Source: Azolla caroliniana (taxonomy: Eukaryota > Plantae > Polypodiophyta). Taken from it: 64,000 nt of DNA. The notes under the pieces were generated by a model. The model made no database searches. It was not told the origin of the DNA and saw only the letters and a program-made list of their open reading frames with translations. The translations under genes and the position numbers were made by a program. The stretch covers positions 18,786,001 to 18,850,000 of the forward strand of contig JBHGNT010000002.1 of assembly GCA_043228905.1 (NCBI GenBank), given 5' to 3'. Positions 12,171-25,734 of the stretch are shown in pieces (position 1 is the stretch's first letter; each line of letters opens with the position of its first letter).

Positions 12171-15100
12171 TATTATGAGTTTTAATGTTGTACTAAACTT
12201 TATCCCATGTAAATATTCTAGATAAGCATGATAGAAAAAGTTATTCATGCATACACACTCGAGTTAAAAGAAAAGACGTGATAGATAGCTAATCATGCAC
12301 ATGTAAACTTAGACTCTTCCATCACTATATAAGGAAGAGAGAAAGATGTATATGGTTGCTGATTTTTTATAAGGGTTGATGAATATAAAATAGTCGTGGG
12401 ATTCACGATTTTGCCATCTATTTCTCTCTTACAATCTAAGTATCAATTAATACACTATACTTGTGGGATTCACGATTTTCATATCTTCTTCTTGCAATCT
12501 TTTCCTAACTAACATTATCTCATATTCTTCTTCCTCCTAGTCCAAAACCCCAGCGGTTCCCACCCGACTCACGCAAACAATCCGGCGCCAAAAGGCACGA
12601 CACAAGTGGTGAACCCGACGTGAAACCCGGGTGGCAAGGAGATGGAAAATCAACCGGAAACTAACAACATGATGGCGATGTTCGAGCGGATGCTACAAGA
12701 ACAACGTGCGATGTCAGAGATTGCGGCGACAGTAGAGTGGCTCATGCAATAGAACGGGCAATTCAACCAGAAGGATTTGTCGCAATATTTGCGGGATTAC
12801 ATGGCGGAAATGCTATGGTGCGGAATATCAAAGGGATTATAGGTGACATCCTTCAATCAGGTGTCTACGAACAAGCTTCAAGGGAGTATCCACGGGATAT
12901 GACAACAAAATCCGACGTGGGAAGCATTTGAAGAAGCGCTAAAGACCACATTCGTCATCGAGGACTCCTCCAAGGCAACGCAGAGAGGATTCAAAGATTG
13001 GGTGGAAACGCCAAACAAGGGGCTGAAGGTCCTCGATGTGTTTTCGGCATTCGAAAGTCGGTTCGGGAGGTTGTCCGCGAGAGATCAAGCTATCCTCGCA
13101 TCGGACAAAGTGAACATGTTCTTACGAGCCGTGGATGTCCGGGACCGGAAAGATCTTGGATTGCTTCTAGAGGACACCACTACTGAGAGTGGCCTCACCA
13201 ATACATGGGAAAACGTGGGGATATCATCACGTGATACACAAAGAGGGGGTAATGGCTTGGTTGTGAAGAAAAGAGGACCTTATCTACTATGAGGGAAATC
13301 GGATTCATTCGATGGACTCTTGGAAGCCACTCCGACCGAACTTCCAAAAAGGCGGCATGAAAAAGGTCCTAGAGGAGGAAATAGCAGCAAAAAGCAATTA
13401 TGCGACAACCGCGGGGATATGTGTGGGTGAGTCATTTGGAGCAAAGGCATCTTTTTGGCCGGAAGTACTAGAAAACCCCGAGAAAACTAACTTTAATGAG
13501 ATCCAAAGCACCGCGGAAGGCATCTGAGAAGCTACGGGATGGGAGTGCCCCGTCGATAAGAATAGCGTGTATGCCATATGCCAATTACATGAGGTGTATG
13601 TAGATGAGAAACGACTATGCATGGACGATGCATTCGGACCATCAAAGACACTAGAGAGCTGGAACTCCGAAGGGAAGGAGAAAGGAAAAACAATTCCAGC
13701 ATTAAAACTCACTTCGGACATCGAGCAACGAACGGACTTAATTAAAACAAGTGTTCGAGGAGAGAATCCTTGATAGCCGGGTAGATTTTTCGCTTCGGGA
13801 ATTACTCGGAATAGCAAAGAAGGAGTTCCACGATCTTCTTGTGGATCTCATAAAAAGAAAAAACAAAATACGGAGGAAAATGCTCCAAGGGTGAATGCAA
13901 ATACTGTTCTAATGATTGACACCAAAGTGGAGGATGAAATTCCAAACTCCCACTACACAAGGCCACATTGGGCACGCGCAACTACAGAGACTCCGGTCCG
14001 AATCGGAAACATCAAGGAGCCCGTACTAGCATTGATTGATCACAGATCGGAGATCAGTTTGATGTCCAAGGAGTTCTACCGAAAGGGGAAGTGGCCTATT
14101 AACATTAATCATAGATGGAAGATCTGGGTAGCCACTAAAACAACGGAAGATTTATTTGCGGCTTGTCCGGATGTGACGGTGAAGATCGGAGATGTGGAGA
14201 TTGACCAAAATTTCTTCGTGCAAGATGAGGTCTCACACTTCGTGATCCTCGGGCAACCCTTTATCACAGCTTCACAGATGGAGACAAAGGTGCTCGATAG
14301 CGGAGCGGCTTTTGCACGAATTCGGAGCCAAAGCGGAGGAAAAACCGTCCAATTCCTAACTTTGCCTTCAAATCACGAAAGGAACAAGAGAGAGCTCTTG
14401 TCCCAAACAAAAATGGATTTTTAAAGCAGACTGTTGTAGAGTGGGGAAGTGATAGTCCGAGAAGCCCTGATACCCCACAGAGGAAGAAAATTCTCGGAGC
14501 AAAACAAGTATGAATTGGTTCGGATGGAGCATCTACGTACACGGCCGTAACCGGAGTAATAAAAGAGAATTCCGAAAGGTGCAAGATGAGTTACGGCTTG
14601 CATCGATAATAAAAGAAGACGAAGAAATCGTGGGAGTAGTCGAAGAAGTGTTCTAGGGGAGCATGCAACAACGACTTGAAGAGCTAGCAAAAGAAAATAG
14701 CTAGGGAGACCGGTTAGATCCGTTGGAATCAGTCGAGATGTATGAGATCATTGCGAAAATGGGGTCGGATGCGCTCCGCAAAGAAGAAGCAATGGTATGT
14801 ACGAAATTGATGACTGTGGAAAAGAAGGTGAAACCGGCTGCAGAACCGTTGTCTGCCGATAGTGAACAAAAGATGAAAGAAGTCTCGGGAGATCCGATAC
14901 TTCAGAAGTCTATGGATATCAGACATGCCTTTACAAATAAGACTTTCCGATCGGTGGAGGTAGGTTCCTCTCACAAAATGAAGAAGAACAGTTTCGTGAT
15001 ATGCTGGAGCAGCATGGAAGAGCATTTGCATTCACATCGAAAGAGATAGGGTGTGCTGACCCGAAAATAGTGGAGCCGATGGAGATCTTCACGATTGATC

Positions 15101-18100
15101 ATGTGTCGTGGAACCTGAAGCCGATTATGGTGCTACGGGCAAATATTCCGAAAATCATTGACTTGCTCAAGGAGAAGGTGGGGATGGGGATTCTAGAGCA
15201 ATCAAACGCTGCGTACTCAAATTGATGGTTTACGGTTCCGAAAAAGAATGGGTCACTCCGATTTATTCAAGATTTGCAACCGGTGAACAAGGTCACGATC
15301 CTGAACTACGGAGTCGGTCCGATAGTGGACAAATTTGCGGAAGCGTTTGCCGATCGCGCAATATACTCCATCGGAAACCTATACTCCGGGTATGACCAAT
15401 TCCAACTAGCCCTGGAGATCCAAGACATCACTACCATGTGAACACCGATAGGATTAGTCCGGAGGTGCATGCTATCACAAGGCGCGACGAACTCGGTCGC
15501 ACATATGATGAATGAGATGAACAAGGTGCTCTGGGACTGCATTCTGGAGATAACGATGTCGTTCCTAGATGACATTCCGATAAAAGGATGTGCGGTGGAA
15601 GAAAAAGATGAGACTATGGATGATCGGGGATGCTGAAAGTTCGTAGTCAACCATATTCGCGATTGCGAGAAAGTGTTACGTAAGTTAGAAGATGTGCACC
15701 TAACGCTCTCCGGAGAGAAGTCGGCATTCGGACAAGAAGAAATATTGGTAGTCGGACATCTATGTGGGCCCTACGGCTGAAGACCGTTGCTAGTCAAGAT
15801 CGATGCAATTCAAGATATGAAAGAAATATGCGAGTCACAATCCGAAGTCCGTAGATTTCTTGGGGCATGTTCATTCTATCACATATGGATTCCACACTAT
15901 GCACACATTGAGAACCCACTCTATCAGTTGTTGCAGAAGGGGAAGAAGTTCTAATGGAAACCGGAAAACCCCAAAGCCATGAAGAAGCTCAAGAAATCAC
16001 CACAGAGGACAGAAGCACTTAAGAAGTCGAACTATGACCGGCCGATTATAGGAACGGTTGATAAAACTCCAACCGGGATCGGATCGATCATCAATCAAGC
16101 CGATTCAGATGGTTTACGATATCCGATCTGATTCGGAACAAAGGTTCTCGACGAAAGGAAACGCAGATATGCACAAGTTAAAAGAGAATTATGGGGAGTC
16201 GTGTCGGCGATAAAATCAGATCGAGATTACTTGATTGGAGCCGAAGTGGTGATCGAAACGGGTTGTCTTCCGATACTCGGGATGATGCGGTGTTGCACAA
16301 TACCGGATCTGGCTATGCTAAGATGGATTGCATATGTAAAGTCGCTTAATCCGGAGATACGACACATATCTGGAAAAGACAACGTGGTAGCAGATATGCT
16401 ATCAAGGGCATGGTTTGGAGACGACATAGCCAAATCCGATAATGAAGAAGTTTGCAAAAACTACTTTACTTCAAAGCACATATGCCGAGTGAACATAATC
16501 CGAGAATTCCGGGAAGAAGAATACGAGGGAGAAAGTTTGCTTATCGGAAAAGTGCTATAGGAAATCGAGAAGTCATCGGACAATAAAGAAAACAGAGCCG
16601 AGATCCAAAGAAAGAAACGGCAAATCCAAAAGTTTTTCTTGAACAATGGATTAATCTGAAGGGAGCCGAAAAGACCGAATGGTATACCACTACGGGTAGT
16701 CGGAACAAAAGAGCAACAAAACCGGATAATGTCCTAATTTCACGAATCCGATTGGGCTGGACATTGGGGAACATGGGCAACATTTGCGAACATCAAACAA
16801 AAATATTGGTCGAAGAATATGTACAAAGATGTAGAGGAGTTCACAGAAAGCTGTGAGAAATGTTAAATCTACTCCGGAGTTCGACACCGAGATGAATTAC
16901 ATCTGACATTCTCACCGACAATCAATTTTAAATGGATGGTTGACATTATGGCCATGCCAACGGGGATCGGACAAAAGAAGTACTTGGTGTTAGCCCAGGA
17001 AGATCTAAAAAACCAAGTAGAAGGACGGGCACTACGGAGGAAAACATGTTCCGCAATATGCCAATTTCTCTTGGAAGAAGTGTTCTGCAGGTACGGGTGT
17101 GTCGGACAAGTGATTGCGGATCGGGGAGAACTTGGCACTGATAAAGCTAGGGAATTCTTCTTCAGACATGGAGTATAGTTAACACTAACCACGGCATACA
17201 ATCCGGAAGCCAACGGGAAGATCGAACAAGGACATAGTCCAATCGTCAAAGCACTTGCAAAAGCATGCGACGGAAGGGTGAAGGATTGGCCGCAAATGCT
17301 TCCGTGTGCACTATGGGCGGATTGCACGACGCATAGTTCCGTGACCGGTTATATGCCAACGGAACTTATGATTGGCCAAGCACCGGTAATGCCGGCGGAA
17401 ACCGCAATTGTGACATTGATAGTGCTGTCGTGGAAGGAAGAGATGAGCCGGGAAGAACTACTAGCAGTCCAGATACGATAACTAGAGGGAAGACTGGAAG
17501 ACATAGCGGAAGCAACACGCCGACAACAGGAAGCGCGATTCCGGAACAAAGGTCGATTCAACACAAAGCATCGACTATGACCACGGAAGATTGAAGAAGG
17601 AGATTGGGCGATCGTCTATGAAAGTAGTTTGGATCATCAACATACAACGATACGGAAGTTTGCTAAACGGTGGTTCAGGCCATACGAGGTTCGGAAAGTT
17701 TTCGACAACGGAACTTACCGACTATGCGAGTTGAATGGAACAGTACTACGGGTGCCTATAGCAGGGAAAGGGGTGAATATTTTCAAGAAGCGAACTGACG
17801 ACGAACCTTATGTAAGCTTAGACAAGACCAACAACAAGGAGCAATCAAACAAAGATCGCGGTGATGCGGAAAGCGAAGAAAGTGGACTACAATTGATAAT
17901 CGACATAAGGGGAGAATCGGAGAGTGCTACGGATGAAGGCAAATAACAAGCATCGGGAACTTTGGCACATACCGGAGGATGTGCAGATTCGGAGGGGGCG
18001 AGTGTCATAGTGTAATTCGCACATTACGTGAAATATGTAAAAAAATATATCCAATTGTAGTATGCATAAATAAATAAAAGAAAATATTAAGAATATTGTT

Positions 18101-18109
18101 ACATGCATA

Positions 18110-18172
18110 GGGCAGGATTCGAACCCTGTACCTCCATCTTAACGATTTTAAAACCTTACCACTGTACTAGCA
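18110..18172 (-). promoter_or_regulatory. tRNA-type Pol III A-box/B-box cassette in the D 3' LTR
   Basis: Minus strand TAGTACAGTGG ... CAGGGTTCGAATCCTG, at the same position and spacing as in the 5' LTR. Confidence 0.55.
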
Positions 18173-19438
18173 TATTATGAGTTTTAATGTTATACTAAAC
18201 TTTATCCCATGTAAATATTCTAGATAAGCATGATAGAAAAAGTTATTCATGCATACACATTCGAGTTAAAAGAAAAGATACGATAGATAGCGCTAATCAT
18301 GCACATGTAGTGTACATGAAAACTAAAGTTAGAAAAAGCATGATGCTTGCATGTGATAAACTTAGACTCTTCCATCACTATATAAGGAAGAGAGAAAGAT
18401 GTATATGGTTGTTGATTTTTTATAAGAGTTGATGAATATAAAATATTCGTGGGATTCACGATTTTCATATCTTCTTCTTGCAATCTTTTCCTAACTAATG
18501 TTATCTCATATTCTTCTTTCTCCTAGACCAAAACCCCATCGGTTCCCATCCGACTCACGCAAACGATCCAGCGCCGAAAGGCACGACAATGTGACAATAC
18601 CGCGGCATCGACGGCAAAGTTCTTGTACGAGTACATCTGGTGCCAGTATGGATGTGGGACACTTCCTCGGCCAAGTGGTGGAAAGCCTAACAACATTTTA
18701 TGCGGTCGTACACAAGCGAAGCACCCCTTATTACCTGCAGGCCAATGGATTGGCCGAATCCACAATAAAATTCTGGAGAACATTCTCCGAAAGATTGTCA
18801 ATGAGAACCGAACCGATTGGGATACAAAACTGCACAACGCATTATGGGATTACCAGACGACAAACAAAACAAGTATCTAGAAAACACCATTCCGGTTAGC
18901 GTTTGGTCTTGAAGCGGTGATGCCAATAGAATTCCAGATTCCAAGCTTACGAATAAAGGTCCGGGAGCGGCTGAGCGAGAAGGAGTCGGAAAAAATCCGG
19001 GTAGCAACACTATGCGAGCTGGAGGAGCACCAAATAGCGAGCCTAATGCAGATGGAACTCGAGCAACGACGAAGGAAAGCATTCATCGACTGCCACCGGA
19101 AGGGTAACGATAAGATGTTTGGAATCGGCAAGCCAGTACTAGTGTTCCAGACCCGGATGGGCAAGATGTCGGGGAAGCTACGGTTCCGGTGGACCGAACC
19201 ATATTGGATAATGCAAGAGTTCAAGGGCTCATATCAGCTGGGAACGCTAGCCGGCGAGGTGCTTGACAAGTGGGTAAATAGGTTCTGACTTAAACCATAT
19301 TATGGACCCATGCCGCATAACCCGTTTCATCAATCAGAGAACAATGCGGAAATATGCAGTGGCAAGCAGTTGGCCGGGAACCATGAAGAAAAACAGACAA
19401 GGGAGCCGGGGAGCGAACGGACACCTCGAAAAGGCGTG

Positions 19439-21555
19439 CAGTTCGCTTCTTGAAAATCTTCACCCATTTCCCCGCTATAGGCACCCCTAGTACCGTTCCA
19501 TAGAACTCACTTAGTTGGTTGGTTCCCTTGTCGAAAACTTCACGAACTTCGTATGGTTCGAACCACCTTCTAGCGAATTTTCGGATCGTTGTGTGTTGAT
19601 GATCCAAACTACTGTCATGGACTATCACCCAATCTCCTTCTTCAATCTTCCGTGGTCATAGAAGATGCTTTGTGTCAAATTGCCTTTTGTTATGGAACCG
19701 CGCTTCTTGTTGTCAGTGTATTGCTTCCGCTATGTCTCCTGGTCTTCTCTCTAGTTCTCGTATCCGAACCACTAGTAGTTCTTCCCGGCTCATCTCTTCC
19801 TTCCACGACAACACTATCAATGTCACAATTGCGGTTTCCGTCGGCATTACCGATGCTTGGCCAATCATAAGTTCCGTTGGCATATAACCGGTCACGGAAC
19901 TATGCGTTGTGCGATCTGCCCATAGTGCATATGGAAGCATCTACGGCCAATTCTTCACCGTTCCGTCGCATGCTTTTGCAAGTGCTTTAACGATTGGACT
20001 ATCTCCTCGTTCGATCTTCCCGTAGGCTTCCGGATTGTATGTCGTGGTTAGTATTAACCGTACTCCATGTTTGGCGAAGAATTCCCTAGCTTTATCAGAG
20101 TCAAGTTCTCCCCGATCCACAATCACTTGTCCTATGCACCCTTACCTGCAGAACACTTCTTCCAAGAGAAATTGGCATATTGCGGAACATATCTTCCTCC
20201 GTAGCGCCCGACCTTCTACTTCGTTCGTCAGATCTTCCCGAGCTAATACCAAGTACTTCTTTTGTCCAATCCCGATTGGCATGGCCACAATGTCGACCGT
20301 CCATTTGAAGTTGATTGTCGGTGAGAATGTCGAATGTAATTCATCTCAGTGTCGAACTCCGAAGTAGATTTGGCATTTCTCGCAGCTTCCCGTGAACTCC
20401 GCTACATCTTTATACATATTCTTCCAGCAATATTTTTTCTTGATTTTCGCAAATGTTTCCCATGTTCCCCGATGTCCAATCGAATCGGATTCGTGAAATT
20501 CAGATATTATTTGATTTTGTTGCTCTTTTGTTCCGACTACCTGTAGTGGTATGCCATCTAGTCTTTTCGGCTCCCTCTAGATTAATCCATTGTTCAAGAA
20601 GAACTTCCAGACTTGCCGCTTCTTACTTCGGATCTCGACTCTCTTTTCCATATTGTCCGATGATTCCTCGATTTCTTGTAGCACTTTCCTGATCAACAAA
20701 CTTTCTCCCTCGTATTCTTCTTCCCGGAATTCTCGGATTACGTTCACTTGGCATATGTGCTCCGAAGTAAAGTAGTTTTCAGAAACTTCTTCATTATCGG
20801 ATTCGGCTATGTCATCTCCGAACCATGCCCTTAACAACATATCCGCTACCACGTTGTCTTTTCTGGAGATCTGTCGTACCCCTGAATTAAGCGACTTTTC
20901 ATATGCAATCCATCTTAGCATAGCCATATCTGGTATCATACAACACCGCATCATCCCGAGTATCGGAAGACAATCCGTTTCAATCACTACTTCGGCTCTG
21001 ATCAAATAATCTCGATATGATTTTATCGCCGACACGACTCCTCATAATTCTCTTTTAACTTGTGCATATCCATGTTGCCTTTCGTTGAGAACTTTTGCTC
21101 CGAAACGGATCGGATATCGCGAACCATCTGAGTCATCTTGATTGATGACCCATCCGATCCCGGTTGGACTTGTATCAACAGTCACTATGATCGGCCGGTC
21201 ATAGTTCGGTTTCTTAAGTTCTTCTGCCCTTCGTAGTGTTTTCTTGAGCTTCTTCCTGGCTTTGGTATGTTCCAGCCTCCATTCGAACTTCTTACCCTTC
21301 CGCAACAAGTGATAGCGTGGATTTGCAATGTGTGCATAGTGTGGAATCCATATGTGATAAAATGCACATGCTCCAAGAAATCTACGGACTTTGGATTGTG
21401 ACTCGCATATTTCTTTCATAGCTTGAATCACATCGATCTTGATTGGTGACGATCTTCAGTCGTAAGGCCCACATAGATGTCCGACTACCAATATATTTTC
21501 TTGTTTGAATGCCGATTTTTCTCTGGAGAGTGTTAAGTGCACATCTTCTAACTTC
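19439..21555 (-). mobile_element. Ty3/gypsy element E (D family), RT end-RH-INT fragment
   Basis: Closely similar to D 15690-17800, e.g. MSAIKSYRDYLIRAEVVIETDCLPILGMM and MLPYALWADRTTHSSVTGYMPTELM. Abrupt junctions on both sides. Confidence 0.9.
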
Positions 21556-24500
21556 TGGTCATCTCCGTGATCCATTCATCTTCTTTGTCATCTGGCAGTT
21601 TTGTGAGATGAAATAGGCCGGCATCGGGTAAATCGTCATACGTGGACTCGGCAGGGTCTCCTAACTCGAGGCGGCTTAGGTAGTCAGCGACGACGTGTTG
21701 GACTTCGGGTCGATGCTGTATATGAAAATCAAACTCTTGTAACAAGAGCATCCATCGAGCTAGTTGACCTGTCAGGGCTTGTTTATTGAACAGGTAAAGG
21801 AAGGCCGAGTGATCGACGTGAAATGTGAATTTTCGGCCTAAGAGGTAATGCCGAAATTTACTGATGTTGTAGATCATACTGAGGGCCTCTCGTTCAGTGG
21901 TTGAATAGTTTTTTTTCGTGGCCGAGAGACGTCGGCTAGCATAATACATTGGCCGATACCAATTTGGGGGCGTGCATTGCATAAGTGCGCTCCCGATGGC
22001 GATATCTAATGCGTCCACGAAGACGTGAAAAGGTTCCGACCATATCAGGGGTTGTACAACTGGGGCATACGAGAGCATTAATTTCAAACCTTGGTAAGCC
22101 TCGTCCTCGATTGAAGTCCATTGAAAGGGGAGTCAATGCACCACCGCGTGTAGTGTTGTCGCGAAATCGGCCAGGTGGCGTATCATCCGGCTATGCCATC
22201 TGATTTGTCCCAAAAATCGGCTGAGGCCTTTTGCGTTCGAGGGTGCGGGGGCGTTTAGGATGGCTTGTACTTTATCCGGGTCCATGGCGATACCTTCTTG
22301 ACTAACAATGTGCCCGAGTAGGTTGCTACTTGTGACCAAGAACACGCATTTTGATGGGTTTAAACTTAACCGAGCCTGGCGACATCGATCAAGATAGAGA
22401 CGTAATTGGGTCATGTGTTCCAGTCGCTGACCATATACGGTGAAGTCATCGAGAAAGACTTGCATGAATGCCGGGATATACTCATGAAAAATTTCGGTGA
22501 TGATGCGCTGGAATGTGGCCGGTGCCGTTTTTAAACCGAACATCATTACTTCTGCCACGAAAACACCCCATTCCGTGACAAATGTTGTTTTCTCCTGATC
22601 ATCCAAGTGCATTCTGATTTGGTTGTAATCACTGAACCCGTCTAGAAAGTTGTAGCATTCGTGACCTGCCACCATGTTAAGAACGTTATCCGTGAACAGG
22701 AGAGGGAATCCATCCATGACCGTTGCAGCATTAAGCTTGCGGTAGTCGACGCAGACTCGGATTTTCCCATTTTTCTTGGGGACGACTACGATTGGGCTTA
22801 ACCATGTGGCGCGTTTTACAGGTCGTATGAACTCGACTCGGAGGAGCTTGTCTATTTCTTCCTTGACCTTAGCCACATAATTGGGGTTCATCCAGTATCG
22901 TCTTTGCTGAACCGGCCGAGCGTCAGGGAGAAGATGGATCTAGTGTTGGTAGTATTGAGGGTCCAAACCCTTCATATCCATGTAAGACCATGCGAATACA
23001 TCTTGGTAATCGGTGAGTAAGTGTATGAGGGCTGCTCGTTCGCCGGTTGGTAAGTTATTAGCAATATGTAGGGTGCGAGGGTTCTCGTCCGAACCGAGGT
23101 TCAGTGTTTCAAGCATTGATGCCTTCACTCGTTGGGAGATGGCGAGTTCACGTTCAAAAGCGTCCCGAGCATGTCGTAATTCTGCGATGGTGGTGGGATC
23201 GGGCTCATCCTGGGGAGGTGTTTTCTCCGTGACCTCCTCGTCTAGAGGTGTGCCAACGGCCGACATGGCGTCGATTTCGAAGAGAGGTATGATAGTGGGA
23301 TGGTCTTCAAGGAAGTCATCCACCTCCTCATCAGCTAACCCGTCAAGCATGTGCACCCCTTCTGCGTATAACAGTGAGGTGTTGTGGGGTGTGGTTACGC
23401 GTTCTTCGGTTATGATCCGGACCTTGGTCTTTCCTCGGAGAAACGAGATCATGTTGAGCTGCCAATGTTGTTTGATATTTGTTGTGCACAACCATGGTCT
23501 ACCCAGTAACATTGGGTAAGCCCCCTGTGCTTCGAGTCGTAATACAACGGCCGAGATAGTGAACATGTGGCCTCCTAGAGTAAAGTCGAGGTGGCGGATT
23601 AATCCGATGGGGCGAACCAATCGTGTGTCGGCCATCCGAAGCCAAAAGGGGCAAGGTTCCCATTGATTCAGGCCGAGTTTATGACAGGTAGCCTCACTAA
23701 TGACATTCACGCCAGAGCCACTGTCAATTATGCACCCGTGCAGGTCCCTTCCTTTAATCATAATTCTCGTTGATTCCCAGGCAAGGGGGGGGGGGGGTGC
23801 GGTTGATTCCCGGCCTCGTGTGTTGGTGGGTTGGTCCAGGGCGCGTTCGAGTTGCGTGGTTCATTTTGCAAGGGGTCCCAACGACGGTTGTCGTTATTCC
23901 TTCTGTTGTTGTGCGATCCTCAGTGAGAGTTGCGCCAATCATTACGGGAATTTCTCTGATCGTATCGGTCATCCTGATCATCTTCATTCCGATCATAATC
24001 GTCGTTTGCCCGATACTGTTCATCGTGATCGCGATCACGGCGGTCGTCTGATCTCCGTTGGTTATCGTTTCGATAATGGTCGTCGTCCCGACGGTAATCG
24101 TCGTCACGGCGCCGTCTATCCGGCGATCAGGGTCATTGGTTATCCTAGTTCCGGTAGGATTGTCACTCATCCTGACAAGAGTATGTATCACTGGGCTCGA
24201 TCTGGCGAACCGGGGTCGTCATTGTGCAGTTGAGCATATTGTATTCACATTGCTCGACAGTGTGAGATCGGGACTAGTAGATCAGACACTGTGGCCGGTG
24301 AGGACATTCGAGGGCCAGATGGCCCGATCCTGAACAAACTGTGCATTGGAGGGCTTGGCGGAAGCGATTGTCCTCCTAGGGAAGGGAGCTTTGCAGTGAA
24401 CTCATAGAGAAAGTCATGTTTTGTTGAGTCCGATTGAGGGCGAGGACGCGCGCTATGACTTGCTCGATCGTTTGGTTGGCAAAATTAGTAAGTGCAAGAG

Positions 24501-25730
24501 CCATCCTTAGAGGCTCCTGTAAGATGGACAGGAATGTGTTCGGAATGTGCTGTGCAGAGACATCGTCGGCCACTTGTCTGTAGAGATCCCGGAACCGGAT
24601 CGTGAACTGTGCGACCATCTCGTGCGGTTCTTGTCGAATGGAAAAGAATTGTCAGAGCAATTCTCGTTTGGGCGCCTGCGATGGAATAGTTCTAGGAACT
24701 GCGTGCGAACGTCGTGGAAGGTGACAAACTCCCATGTGTTGAGGCGAGAATACCATCGCGCAGCTGGTCCATCGAGGGATAGCGTAAACTCGGCAATTTT
24801 TGAGGCCTCGATTTCGGCAGGCGAGAGTCGCTGTCTTGAGTGGTTGGCCTGCCAGGTGGACACGAAGGCACGGATGTGCGACTCGGCGTCGAGTTGTCAG
24901 TGTATCGTGGGTAAGGATACGGCATGGTATCGAATTCGGGATCTTCCGGTAAAACCGGAAAAGGGTTAGGGTCAGGGTGGGTGACCTCTGGAGGGCTTGG
25001 TGGAGAGGTTGGTGTGGAATCAACTCGCGACCGAGTAGCAGGTGGCGAGGATTGCAACCGGTGAGCCTTCAGTATTTCTTGGAAAGACTGGTCCGTGACC
25101 GCCGAGTCGGAAGTTCCTTCGGCTGGCTCAGGGCGTCGGCCAGATGGCCAAGACCGCTTGGTGCGATTGGGCACTGTAATGGCAGCTAAAGGTTGCCTTC
25201 AACGTAGTTCGTTGTGATTTCACAACTGTAACCGGGCGTGCCAAATTGTGTTATTCGTTCCTTTGGAAAACGCTTTCGATGAGCCCATGGGCTATCAGTG
25301 TCAAGGGATCATGTTACGTGGAAGCTTCTTCTACACGGGGAAAACGAGAACAAGGATCGTACACAAGCTACAACCCGTTAAGTATGAACGTAGCCCGAAT
25401 TATGAGTACGAGGAGAATACACAGATAGGAGTTTAGAAAAGACAAAACTTATATTCCATGATAAAGTTTACAGTGATTACAGTACTCGGCCTTAGCCGGA
25501 AACAGTATTTACAGAGCTTGATCCTATGATATTACTCTCGCTCAATATGATCTAGGTATCTCTCCCCTTTGCCGAGGTACGCAGACCTCGGTTTATATAC
25601 TTTTTCTTCATATAGAGCCGAGCAGTCAGCTGACTGTGAGGCTCGAAACCTGGTGTTTTCCTAACTCTACCTTCCTTACCTATCCGCCTTAGCTACCGGT
25701 GTATTACATTTAACTAATTTATATTTCTGA
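21556..25730 (-). mobile_element. Ty3/gypsy element G (C-like family), 5' half: LTR from 25247 to about 25730, PBS, gag-PR-RT-RH
   Basis: PBS TGGCACGCCCGG on minus at 25232-25243 (Tat/Athila-type). gag (FTLSLDGPAARWY), PR (IIDSGSGVN, LLGRPWL), RT (CVDYRKLN, MFGLKTAPATFQR, FLDD) and RH (NYSTTEREAL, ADYLSR). Truncated before integrase. The far LTR boundary is uncertain. Confidence 0.88.
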
Positions 25731-25734
25731 CCTA

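Larger units (their letters stand above)
12002..18588 (+). mobile_element. Ty3/gypsy element D, full length and degenerate, tRNA-Trp primed; 5' LTR 12002-12602, 3' LTR 18003-18588
   Basis: TGTC...GACA LTR pair. 4-bp TSD ATGT at 11998-12001 and 18589-18592. PBS TGGTGAACCCGACGTGA at 12607-12623, complementary to the 3' end of plant tRNA-Trp. PPT GGAGGGGGCGAG at about 17991-18002. Order gag-PR-RT(FLDD)-RH-INT; no chromodomain seen. Confidence 0.93.
225..19438 (+). mobile_element. Ty3/gypsy element C (non-chromoviral, Tat/Athila-like): degenerate integrase region split by two insertions into 225-502, 11834-12001 and 18593-19438
   Basis: HHCC zinc finger (ILREVH..GGHY..CDLCQ), integrase core ([19 protein letters not shown]), YYLQANGLAE and a C-terminal GKLRFRW..PY motif. 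The pieces rejoin in frame across TSDs CAACG and ATGT. Confidence 0.9.

Noticed and set aside
23700-24333. Several long overlapping ORFs, possibly an extra antisense gene in gypsy G
   Set aside because: By-products of the low-complexity R/D-rich gag linker, with no domain signal.
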